DNA of 53,087 nucleotides, filler included, from Bipalium vagum (taxonomy: Eukaryota): NCBI GenBank assembly GCA_037834085.1. It is 3 parts of 3 records of this genome, joined end to end, with 100 filler letters (N's around TTAATTAATTAA, not from the genome) between each part and the next. Parts side by side here need not be neighbours in the genome. Positions count along the whole stretch, not along the records: positions 16,813 to 34,657 come from JBBMKC010048994.1; positions 34,758 to 53,087 come from JBBMKC010032463.1; 1 more part is not named here. The stretch is one strand, 5' to 3'. Positions 25,575 to 38,300 of the stretch are shown piece by piece. The position numbers were made by a program, and so were the translations under genes. Every line of letters begins with the position of its first letter. Within the stretch, counting starts at the first letter, position 1. The notes beneath the pieces were generated by a model that was not told the origin of the DNA, searched no databases, and worked only from the letters and a program-made list of their open reading frames with translations.

Positions 25575-26210
25575 CCCTCTTGAATTGCAGCGGCACCGGT
25601 TACGTTCTAGGAAATCATGAACAAATTGACAGGAGAAAGTGGTGGTAGTATATCTAGATGATATCTTAGTGTTTTCAAAATCGATTGCAGCTCACTATGG
25701 AATTCTTCACAGGATTTTAGGCAGAATTGAAGGTGCAAGTGTACAAATAAACCAAGAAAAGTGTTTTTTAGAGAGAACATATCAAATTCCTTGATCATAT
25801 TATTAACAAAGAAGGAGTGAAGACTTACCCATAAAAGAAAGAGGTTCTCGCGACATACAACAAGCCAAAGTGCATGAGGAGAATACACAGGTTTCTAGAA
25901 TTATGTAATTATTACAGAAAATTTATAAAGGTTTATGCAGTCAAAGCCTAGACGTTAGAGAAAATGTGTGGAGTGAATACCAAAAAGTTGGAATGAAACC
26001 AAGCTGTAAGAAGCATTTGATGGCCTAAAGATAGCACTCGCAACAAGTCATATTCTGAGCTTTCCGGACCGAAAAAAGGAATTTATTTTTGGAACCTACG
26101 TCGGTTTTGAACAATTTTCTATTTTTGCAAATATTTTAACGATTATCTGTACGGCAGGAGATTCTTACTCAAAACGGATCACAAGGTAATCATATTCGTA
26201 TTGGAAACAA
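25575..26210 (+). mobile_element. Ty3/Gypsy pol fragment (RT-RNase H), decayed
   Basis: YLDDILVFSKS..QEKCF, LCNYYRKFIK, AFDGLKIALATSHILSFPD, YLYGRRFLLKTDHK. Confidence 0.9.
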
Positions 26211-26833
26211 AATAAAGGATAACAGCACAGTTCCATACAATGTGAAAACAAAGAAGCATGACCGAAAATGCATTCTACACAACAGGAACGGCAAGCAAAC
26301 TAAACGCAATGGAAAAGCTGAAGGGATATATTTGAAAAGAGATTATGAAAATTTTTATATAATCTTAATAATTCAGTAAAATCGATAATTAAATTTTTTT
26401 AATTATTGATTTTAATGTAAGAGCAGAAATTTGAATAAATACATTTTAAAATTAATTTTGTTTTATAAATGGAGTTCGAACAAATTAAAAGTATATATAA
26501 TATTTATTTTGTTTAAAAAGACGTCAATTCTGAGAGTCTTTGCAGATATCATTAAGTTTAATATTGCCAAAAGTCAATTTATAAATAAATATATTTAATT
26601 TTATAAATATATAAATAAATATAATTTATCATTATTAAGATAACATAACTTAAAAGGATATTAATAATATATAAGTTTTCTAAATTCAAAATATTAAAAA
26701 TTAAAATTAATTTAATATTTATTTAAATTTAATGATAGCCATATCTGATTGATGTATCAGTTATAATACATTCGGAGGTCGAAAGTTTTTGAAAAAGTCA
26801 AAAATGTTACAGAAAATTCATAAATATCAAATA

Positions 26834-27343
26834 TCAGGTTGTGTAGTATGAAATTTGTAGGTAATGAAATTGCCAACTTTAATTGTTGTTTATTTGTTAT
26901 CTGCTTGATATTTTACCATTCTGTTTTTTGCGTTGGTAAATTATATATCTGTCTTGTTTGAAAATATCATTTTAATCTGATAAAGTATATATTAATTAAT
27001 AAAAATTTTTTTATTAAAAATGGATATATAACTTCTTAATCATCCTCCATACTTACCAGACATAGCTCCCACTGATTAATATTTCTTTCGCAATTATTAG
27101 ACAACTTTTTCGGTGGAAAACACAATTCAAATCTGACGATGATATAAAATTGGCCTTCCAGGAATTCCTTGACACTCGCCCGCCAGGGTTTTATAATGAC
27201 CGGCATGAACAAGCTGCCGCTTAAATGGCAAAAATGTGTAGACAATATGGTTGCCTATTTTAATGAATAGCATAATTTCTTTTATTTGTAATTTATTAAT
27301 AAACTTTGCTTTTCATTTTCAAATTTCATACTACACAACCTGA
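26834..27343 (+). mobile_element. Non-autonomous mariner deletion derivative (510 bp) with perfect 24-bp TIRs
   Basis: TA|tcaggttgtgtagtatgaaatttg ... caaatttcatactacacaacctga|TA; retains HPPYLPDIAPTD and KLPLKWQKCVDN. Confidence 0.93.
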
Positions 27344-29639
27344 TATATACAGAAAAAAAATCTTCCGTTCAATTCTTTATTACTATTATAAATATTCTGA
27401 ACCCAATTTCACATTTATCATTGGATTTTTTAATTGTAATGATTTAGTGATCTCTCGTTATGTTAATTAAAATTAATTTCTTTAAAAATAATTAACAAGA
27501 AATATTAATTAATTAATGTTAATTATTAAAACAAAAATTTAAATGAAATAAATTTCATAATTAGTCAATATGTACTATATGATGCAAATAATTTTTCCAT
27601 TCAGTTTATGGAAGAGGCCTTAATTATTTATTCATTTAAATGTCTATTTTACTTTAACTAAAATAAAAGTAAAACAAAGTCTGTGGATGATAGGAAATGT
27701 CGATACTGATGGCAAATGGAATGGAAAGTTAATACGAGTGAAATGGATTTGCAATTCGAACTGATGAAAAACCACAAGCGAACCAAGAGATAATTATTTA
27801 CAGCTGCTCTGTGGAAAAGAGGAAAATTACAAACTTCCCCATTCAAATCAGACGTGCTGGGAAATCTTTTCGACGAATTTAAATGGGTTAGATTAGGTTA
27901 AGTTTGAATTTCTATTGACCTATTCCTTTTAATTAGACAGGGAGAAACTCAATAGTCTCTGCTTCATCCTTTAGAAATTTCTCCAATACTTGAAATAGTT
28001 TAGAATTTTATTCGAGCTAAATTACAAAATATAAATAAATAAATAAATAATTTTTTTTTCTGTGATAAATGAGAAATTATTATTATTATTATTAATTATC
28101 AAATCCTCTGGACAGCCTCAGAGAGTTATCAGTTCTCAGTGGTTCTAATTAATTTATAACATGTTTTAATCAGTGGACATATTCCAATGATCTTGCCAAA
28201 ATCGACAGAAAAAAAAAGAATTATGGAAATTTTATTTATTAAAATTATCTTGATCTTTTGATGTCGATATTTGGTGAGTATCAGAAATAATGTCCGTTGG
28301 AAAAAATTGATAAAATGATAATTCTCACATTCAAGTCCTTTGGACGGACGTAATTTAATTGATACTTGAACATGGACGACTTTGACTGCAAACTTAGTAT
28401 GATTGGGAACTGTGGAGTAGGCAGAGTAGGAGACAAAAAATTACCCAATTTCTTTACAAGTGGTTCAAACAAATTGTTCGAAATCACTTTCATTATCCTC
28501 ATACTTTGAAATATTAATGTTTGTGAGGAAATTCAACACTTGATGATGATTTCTTTCCATTTGAGCCAACTCGTTAGGAAATCGTTATTTTATATTAGGA
28601 AATTTTTTCGCTGAAGAGTCAAGATAATTGGGATTTTTCGGCTTGGTCATATATATATTTAGTCTGACTAAAAGAGCTCTTTTGTTTGGGCACTTTTTAA
28701 TAAATTCACAATATCATAGTTATAAATAATATTAATAAAAAAGCATTTGTTTTATTGTACCATTTAATTGAAAGCTTGGCCACAATCCAGACTGAAAATT
28801 GTCCCTTTCTTCAACATTAAAAATATAATATTAATTTTCAACAGGCGACGCCGTTTTCATTTTACAATATTTCCCACATTTATCCATCATAAAATTTATA
28901 TTGTAATTTAAATATTATTTCTATCTATTAAAACAAAAAAATAATTAAATTTTCGAAAATATTTTCTCTCATTAAGTATTCATTACCTTTCCAATGTAAA
29001 TTAATTATAAAATTGAAATTATTAATTTTAAAAATTGTTTAACTGACAGCTGAAGAAAGCATTTTTATCAGACTGCAATTTCATCCTGGAATTTAGTGTG
29101 GAAATGAATTTCATAATGGGAATTTGGAAACCAGATAAAAAATTTATTGAAAAGGAAGACAATGGTGCTTTGTTTTGAATAGGCTAACATTAATTGAGAT
29201 TAGGAACATTTACAATTTCTCCCTTAAATTTTCCAAAATCGAGTAACTATCAGCATCCTTGGACTTATAACACAAAATCTTCGAACGGATCCTCTCTGTG
29301 AATTGAAGTAAATAATAAAAACTTCAGATAAAAATATTGAGTACTTTTATAAACAGAATTGGATATTGAAACACTTTTATGAGTCCTAATTTTATGGAAC
29401 CATATTTCTGGACCTGGGTGTTTGTTTTTTTAAAATATTTGGTGCTCCGAAAAAAACCCGGCGATTTTGCAAATATCATTTGAATCACATTTACAGAGTT
29501 TTTAATTCAAAATTGTTTGTTTTAATTCAAGTTGGAACAATTTTAGTTCAAATTCGTATTTTATTTATTATTCTCTATTTTTAAAATTGGCAAGGAAATT
29601 TATTGTATTTTATTCATTTCCTGATTTTTAGATTAGATC

Positions 29640-30352
29640 AGTTCAGTCTGCTATGGCGATTATGAGTGTATCGATGAAGAGATTACAAAAATGCAAAGAA
29701 TAAGCAATATACAATTATAAATAATGACTCAAGATACAGAATTGTCTCAAATTATCAGGATGGTATGAGCCAAAGTTCTAACTCCAAATATGAAAACCTA
29801 CCTGAAAGTACAATAAGCCACATAGCTACAGTGCATAATAATTTAAGAAATCTACATTACAACTTGAAAATTCCAAAGCTGATCCCAGAGATAAAAATGA
29901 TTCTAAAACAGTTTAGCTTCGAAAACAATATGCAATACTGTTTGATACATTGGATGAAGAATTTTTCGACTCTAATATTTTTATCCATGAGAGTTACTAA
30001 ATGTAGAGGAAATAATGGGTCAATACCACTAGAAATAGTTAACAATATTAAATCTATAATTGTAATTTTTTGCTGTGCTAATCAAGAACTGGAACGTCCT
30101 TTCATGACATTAATTACCAGCCGTACAATAGTAGCTCATTTCTGGGATACTTAAATATTTTTTTGAATATATTGAAAGCGAAGCAGTCAGTTAATATGTG
30201 CTTTAATGAACAACGTTCCTTTTCATAATTTTAAGAATATCAAAGAGATTTTTCAAGGAAAGATATATATTCAACAATACTTTTCACCCTACTCTCCAAT
30301 GCTGAACCCAATCAAAAATATGTTTCCGAGATGGATGAATTTTGTAAAAAAG
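29640..30352 (+). mobile_element. IS630/Tc1-superfamily transposase remnant
   Basis: ATVHNNLRNLHYNLKIPKLIPE, NVPFHN, FSPYSPMLNPIKNMFPRW. Confidence 0.75.
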
Positions 30353-30751
30353 CAATTTTGATGGTCTGATTCTTTAAGCTTTTGAACTACGGTAAGTTTA
30401 TAGGCTTTCATATGCAAATTTCCATGCATTATCCGCGACAAACTGGATTTTGAGAGGTTTGGTTCCTGTGCTCTGACTGATTGAGGTGCATTTATTGTCT
30501 TCAATACTTTCTCGTGTACTTGCAATATTTTCAGGTATACGCGCAGATCGAGGTCGTTAAGATTTTTGTCTATCTGCTACCGAGCCAAATGCTTCAAAAG
30601 CATTAACCAGATTGTAAATTTCTGGTTTTGATAGACATTTGTTTTTCCAAAATTTTGCATTTAATTTTTTAACGGTTTCTGAAATTAAACTACCGCTTTG
30701 ATAAAATATTTTGGCAATTTCTGTCCGTTGTTGCATATTATAATGATCCAT
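30353..30751 (-). mobile_element. rosa (DD41D)-like Tc1/mariner transposase N-terminal fragment
   Basis: MDHYNMQQRTEIAKIFYQSG..LVNAFEAFGSVAD..RPRSARIPENI..SLSRIMHGNLHMKAYKLTVVQKLKESDH is typical of DUF4817-HTH rosa elements; catalytic region absent. Confidence 0.75.
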
Positions 30752-30959
30752 ATTTAATTTTCAAATGTTTAGCTAGAATAATGTTAAATATCAATTTATT
30801 TAAACAAGAACTACTTAGTATTTAATATGTTAATAGGACAGTTTCTTTTGGTATATACAATTTTGAGCACGAACCTTTCCATCACTCTGGTTTATATAAG
30901 CATTAGCTCAATAGGTATTCTCCACAGTATCAATTATCTTCGTTAACATCCAATGAATT

Positions 30960-31200
30960 TATACACATCTCGAACAATTAATTTATTAGTTGTGACTTGA
31001 AGAAGTTAAAAACAATTTTTGATTTTGTCTCGGTTTTGGAACATTTTTTCTCTCAATGAGTGCTCCATCGATCGGAACAAATGATAATTAGAATGAAGCA
31101 AGGTAAGAGTTATATGACAGATGAGATAGAATTCGATTTTTTGCTTGGTGATTTTTGAAACTTGCGGTCGAGTTTTGTCATGAAGATAATTTCTCATCGT
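30960..31200 (-). mobile_element. mariner C-terminal fragment
   Basis: LHDKTRPQVSKITKQKI..SNYHLFRSMEHSL. Confidence 0.8.
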
Positions 31201-32353
31201 TTATTTATATCATGGGAAAATTGTTTATGAAACCAAAGGATAATTGAACCAAGAGAAAAAAATATCTTAAAAATAAAATCTGTTATTAATAATTACGGTA
31301 AATTTCGGGCACGGTAAAAAGGTGTTCAATATATATAAAAAATAAAAATTATAAATATTTTTTATATTTATTTTAATAATTGATATTTACATAATATTAC
31401 AGGATAATTAACAAACCAAAAGTATCTGAGAAACATTGCAAAATAATTCCGAGTTAAAATAATTATTATTTATTTTATAAGATTAAAAAAAATATAATTG
31501 TATTTGATAATTTTTAATTATAATTATAATTTCATTTTTTATTCCATTTTTACTAATGAATTATTATCAAATGAAAAGTTTAATAAATTTTATAAATTCA
31601 AAATATTTTTGAGATTTTTTTCTATTATTTTAATTTAATTTGCTTATTTAAAAAAATCCGATATCGATTAATAAAGATATTAATGAGAAATTTCAGTGAA
31701 AAAATATTTGAAAATCATAATTAAAAATTATTTTCTCTCAACATTTTCATTACTGACAGCATTTTATTTCCGAGTTGTCTTTTTAAGCGTGGTATAATTA
31801 AAATAATAAAAAGCATATTTTTTAATTATGTTTATAATTTATACAACTTATTCATACAAATAAAAAAATTATTATTTTTTTGTTACTATTACATTGATTA
31901 TTATTATAATTATTATTCCACGTAGATTGGATTTTTTTTTCTAATAATTAACTGAATTATAATGACTTCAAATAATAACAAATCATTAAATAAAAACACT
32001 GATGATGTCATAACTGATCAAAAAATGAAATCAGACAGTGAAAAGCTTCCAATTATTCTTTCGTCAGACACATCTGCAGAGAAGGACTTGATCACTCTTA
32101 GGAATCCAAAAGAGCCCTTCAGTTGAAAGATGGCTGGTAACAAAATTAGACATCAGCTTGCTAGATAAATTCTGAAGTTTGATCTAAAATCTTACTAGAT
32201 TCTTATTTACTCTAAGGAATTCGCTCTTGTTCAAGCTCTTTCCTAATGAGAATTAAGTCTTAATTCCTGTCATTCGATTTTCTCTGGAATAACATAGATC
32301 AATATTCCACTACGAACATTTTAATTAGAACTGATTTTTTATAATTCTTTTAC

Positions 32354-32393
<40 letters not shown>

Positions 32394-34657
32394 GCTATTA
32401 TTATATTATTTTTTATTAAAAATATAATTATATAATTATAAAGCCTAATTTAATAACCAAATAATAATTTATTTATAGCAAGCATAATTTAGGGATAAAA
32501 TTATCTTCGTAAATTATTTTTCATTTTGAAACTGATTTTGCCAATGTCCTGATAAATAGAATAAAACAGAGTGAAAAAGATGCAAAATGAGGCTGTTGAT
32601 AAATTTATTACATATCCTTTATATTTCCAAAGTTTATAAAAATAACAATTGGATGATAAAAATTAATTAATGGTAATTCGGATTAGCACCTCAATACTCA
32701 ACACAAAGACTCTTAATTAAGTAACTTAGATAAGTTGTGGGTGTGTAATATGTACTTTTAAATACAATTACGACGAATCGATTGTAATCAGAATTTGACA
32801 AAATTTCAATGATAATTTATCATCTACCAAACTCTATTTTATAATTTTTTGTAGAGTTCACTTTCTTAGAAACTAATGATAGCCTGAATAAGCCCTATGA
32901 TTATATTACGAATTGATTATACTACCTGTTGAGATTCTGAATTATATTCAAGATGGATTTAATTTATTTGATCATTGATCAAGAGAAATGAGGTGCGTGT
33001 CAAATATTTATTTAATAATACGGAAAACCATAATAAACAACAATGTTTACGTGTAGAGAGTAATATATTACGCTTTTATTATGTAAATCGTTACAGTAAT
33101 GTGAGTTGTTACAGGTTACGAAAAATGAAATGTATATATTAATATTAAAATAAAAATCATCTGATAAATATTATTAATAATACAAGGTTAATTTTAGTTT
33201 GGTAACAATAATATCAGATGAGTGACACAGAAAACACTTACTTTACAAGGTTACAAGAATTACAATATAAAGTTGACTAGTATTATGTAATAAATATTCT
33301 GAAATACTTTCTGGATACATATTTGAATGATTATACAAATGTTCACTGATCTAGTTCAAATTTTAGCTTTCGAATGCTTCGTGGTTGACTTCTGATGAGT
33401 TGACTTTGTTGAAAGATTTGTCTACTTAATGATGGAGTCACCACCCAGTTTCAATACAGTATGAGAAATTGAAAGTATTGAAAATTAGGACGAAGCTATT
33501 AGAAAATTTTGATGAAAGAAGAACAATATCTATTGAAAAAAAGATTTATAAAGCTAAGAAGAATATATAAGAAGACACTTGGAACAAAGTTACCGTTTGG
33601 GATTGAGTTATTAATAACATATAACAGAGTTGAGAATGTAGCACAATATCTGAAAGATGTTTAATTAAAAATATTAAAGGAATGGGTTCGTAAATTACGA
33701 TAATTTAAATAAGAATTTATTGTTTCAGATTGATATTAACCAAACAATACTAATACGACTCCGTTCCTCTACAAATAATAAATAACAGTACACAATTAAA
33801 ACATCAAAACTGACCAAGATCTTATGAAATCAATGACTCTCCGAAAACTTTATCTCAATCAGTTCAAATTTTAAAATATCTCCAATACCTTCATACCAAA
33901 TAATCTCCTTAAACGATACACTTAATGTTAAAATCGCTACCAGTAAAATAATTCATCAATAAAATTATATTCGATTCGGTATTAAAATGGATAATAATTA
34001 AATCAATTAATTTGAAACAGAGAGAAAATAAAATAAAATAAAATCTGTTAAACTAAATAAATGGAAATATAAAAAATAAGAATTTGGAAATTCTCACCAA
34101 ATATGAAATTGGCCAAGCTCCTGGATCAAATACGAGTTTCTTCGAAGGTCATTCGTGGTCGATCAAGCTTCACTGAGCCCGGTCGCATTAAAAAAAACCA
34201 TTAGGCATACCTTTAGTCTGACAATATAGACGTGCAATCAGAATTAACATAATTCAAATAGTTTTTATATATCTTACTCAAAAAATAATATCTCAAATCA
34301 CTTTTCGATATTTTTGCTTCTGTGCTCAACTGAAACAGTAAAACCAATTGTCATACCTCCAGTGTTGTGAGCTCATATAATTCTCTTTCGTTAAGGATTT
34401 GACGAAAGGAGGAGAAGAAAATAATAATAATAAGCAGAAATACCTATTCGTCCCGATCATGGGATCAAAGGATCTGCTTCCTCAGCGAGATCTTCCGCAG
34501 TTTTCAGCTTTAATCATGAAAATCAGTGCTGAGTATACCTGAGAGAAATATCCATTAAACTTATTAGAATAAAAACATCAAAAACCTATTAGTGGGTTTC
34601 CCTTAATTCATAACCTGCGTAGGCCTAAATAATAGAAATATTTTATTATTATTATTA

Positions 34658-34757
34658 NNNNNNNNNNNNNNNNNNNNNNNNNNNNNNNNNNNNNNNNNNN
34701 NTTAATTAATTAANNNNNNNNNNNNNNNNNNNNNNNNNNNNNNNNNNNNNNNNNNNN
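34658..34757. other. Assembly gap with artificial spacer (N44-TTAATTAATTAA-N44)
   Basis: Same 100-nt structure as 16713-16812. Confidence 0.95.
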
Positions 34758-35008
34758 ATAATAAATAAATAAATAAATAAATAAAATAAATATTTGAAAA
34801 CCAAATATATTTTTTTATTTTATTTATTGAAGTCATCAATTAGTGTCAAGTACAGAAAAATCAGTTTTTACTAGATAATTCTCAATTGTAGAAATAAATC
34901 ATTGATTAAGAAAATGATATAACAGATTTAAAAATTATAAGTGGAATATTAAATGGAATATTAAATTATCGATTGTAATTAATTGAAAAACAATCAAATA
35001 ATACATAC

Positions 35009-35317
35009 GCATGGAGGGAACAGCCATCATTATTCTAGAAAATACTACTTGACTTATTGCTATTACGGCGGCATTTCTTGAATTTCCTACCTTATTTCCA
35101 TCACCATCAATTAAGTTTATTCCATCAGAAATCTCGTTTGAGCGCATACAGGGAATATTAATACAATTTGCCATGATAACAGCAGCCAATGGAACCAATC
35201 TTGCAAAGATTGAAGGAAATCTCTAAATGACCAAGGAGGATATGTTGTTATTATTATTTGACACCATTGATATATTTAAAAATGATATCTTTCTTCCCTT
35301 TACTATTATTAACAATA

Positions 35318-35348
<31 letters not shown>

Positions 35349-38300
35349 TTATTGTTATGACTAATATTGTTATTATCACTAGTAGTGATACTATCACTAA
35401 TAATATTATTGCTTAGTGATGAACATATCAAATATTGAAAATAGGATAAAGTTTTGATTGCCAAATGCGCATAATTCTTAACCTCATAACTCTTAAAGCA
35501 AGCAGTGTCTCATATACTTTTTGTCACAATTTTAGATTCGAAAGTTGTAAGCAATTATGACACGAATAAATGCAAAGTATGAAATTTAAGTGAAACATTA
35601 TTTATATAGTTCACATAAAAATATAATTATGAAAACAATAATAAGAATTAATCAATTTTTGATTAAAAGATTAAAAGATTAATTTGTAAATTAGTGGAAA
35701 CAATGTTATACAGAAATCAACGTGTAAAACTGAAATTCTTTTTTAAATCTTTTATTCGTAAATTAATAAATTTTAAATTTTATTTTAATTTTTTGTTTAA
35801 TATTTCTAGTAATATTTATAATCATCATTGATAATTAAAATCATCGTTTAAATAAAATATAAATAATATTTATCAAGAAAATAATTATTTCCTTTGAAAT
35901 GAGAAAATTAAACAAAATGATAATATAATTAAAAACCTCAAAAAATAAATTTTAAACCATGACGAAACGATTTAGAATCAACCTGAATTATAAAAAATTT
36001 TGATCAATCCGTTGACAATTTCAATTAAAATGCAACATTAACTTCTTTGAATTCAACATAGTTTTGTGATGGGTAAAAAGAAAAAGAAGAAAAGGATATT
36101 TTCTTTAATTTTAAAAAGAAGCTTCTAGTCTAAGTATTTCCAAAGAGAAAAATTTTTTCATAATTTCAAAACGGTTTTACTGTAAATATTTTAATTTTTT
36201 AAAAATTTCCCATAAAACTAAAAAACTTTTCTTTTACTTTAAAACAGTGGTTCTCAACCTATTTTTTCTATGATGACCCATTTTCCTATTTTTAAGATTT
36301 TAGTCACCCCAAAGAAAATCAATATTACTAAAAATAACTTATAACTCATCATATTTAATAAAACCAATAAAACCAACCTATAATATTATTATTATCAGAT
36401 AATAACATTACCTATAAAATAGTTAACTGTAGTAGTTAAGGTAATTGTTGTCAGAAGTAGTTTAATCAGCATCATAAAACACGATTTTTCACATGCAATT
36501 ATTTGGACACCTACCATAATTCGGCGACCCCTTTAAAATGCTCACGTCCCGGGGTTGAGGACCACTGCTCTAGAACAATAATATTCTTTTACTCTAGAAT
36601 ATTATTGCTAAATATGTAGAACGCCTGATAATCAAATACCCTTTATTAAACAAAAATTTTAATTTTTTCAAGTTTTCCTTATTGGAAATTATCTTTTTCA
36701 AAGCAACAATATTTCCAATCAACTTTTAATCAAATTCAAAATAAATAATATAAATTAAATTAAATTAAACTGTTTTTTTGAGAAATAATTATTTATTTAT
36801 TTGAATGATTGAAAGCAATTAAAATTTAAACTGTAAAGGAAATTATGAAAAAAATTAAATTTAACATTTTTACTAAATTCCTCAGTTTAATCTTCAAATT
36901 AAAATCGATATTTGATTATAGAAAGTCTCTGATATCATTTTCCGTTTTCATACTTTCTTTTCACAGTCTTCATATATGAAATTGATATGAAAGATAAATT
37001 CGAAAAAATCATTTAAATCTTCAGAAAAATCTGTTTTAACTCCACCTCTTTTTAGTATTTAATCAATAAGGCTGAGGTTGAGTCCTTTGTGTCGTTTTAA
37101 AAATTTTTTTCAAAAAAAACCGTTTCTCATAACCATAAGTATTTCATACAGAGAAAATAGAAAATATAATAAACATAATATTTCTACGTGTTTCACAAAT
37201 ATTGGAAAAATATGAAAATCTATAATTATGAGACAATTTTGAGCATTTTTTTAAATAGGTGATATCATCATTTAAGAATATAAAATTAATTAGAGTAAAA
37301 TATAATTTTAAAAAAATACTTATTAATTCTACGAAACAGAACAAAATGGTGTTATGATATACTTGTCGCAAAATGTATTTTAGAATTAATAATGAAATAA
37401 ATTAAGTTGAAAATTATAGAAAAATATCACAGATGATGTAAATCGACTTCTGAATCCAACCTTTTGATTGATAAATTATATTAGGTGAAAAAATAGTTTT
37501 TTTTTCGTATTGTACTAGCGTGCTGCAAAATCTCGTGCTCAGAATCTGGAGTTCAAATTGAGGTGGCTTGTAAAGATTTTTTCTAATCAAAGCAAAGAGA
37601 TTGGTAATTTGACCAGATAAAAATGCTAGCAGATCGGTGGCGTTTGATCATTGAATTTTTTGAATAGTGTTGTAAATAAATCAATATAAAATTTTGACCT
37701 CGAACTTTAGCATCAACCTAGTATAAAAGAATTGAAAAATCGGAAGACCGATTTTCAATCATTGACTAAAATATCAAAATAAACTATTTCGAAATAATTT
37801 ATCGAAAAATTGATTATATCAATAATATTGTATGTCAATAATCACCGAACTACATCATGATCCATGCTAAGTAAAACTCTTCAAACATGGATTGACATAA
37901 AAATGAAATTTTGCTGAGTCCTGCTGGATTGGAAATTAATTATTTATTATGAACTCTGATCATCTAATAAAACGACTGATTCTGGTGAGTATTGTGATCA
38001 ATTAACAAGATTAAAGCAAACGATTGAAAAAACTCAATACCAAATTTGATAAACAGAAGACCATTGTGTTCCAGAACGACAATCCTAGTTCATATAAATC
38101 TTTGAAGAGCTGCGAACGATTGAACTAGTTGAGAGGCAAGTAATGATGCATCCAGCTAACATATTGAACCTGTAACTGCCATATTACCGTTTACTGTAAT
38201 CTCTGTAGAACTCTGCCAATAGGATAAAGTTCAGATCTATGCAGAAATTAGATGAATATTTATACAGTTTTTCACCAAGTGATTTTTCAATAATTGAATA

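Noticed and set aside
33385-33425. ctgatgag...gaaa as a hammerhead ribozyme core
   Set aside because: Stem II does not close canonically and stems I/III with a cleavage triplet could not be built.
36635-36652. Minus-strand FNKG resembling the sideroflexin C-terminus
   Set aside because: Lies upstream of exon 4, inside an intron, with no supporting flanking similarity.
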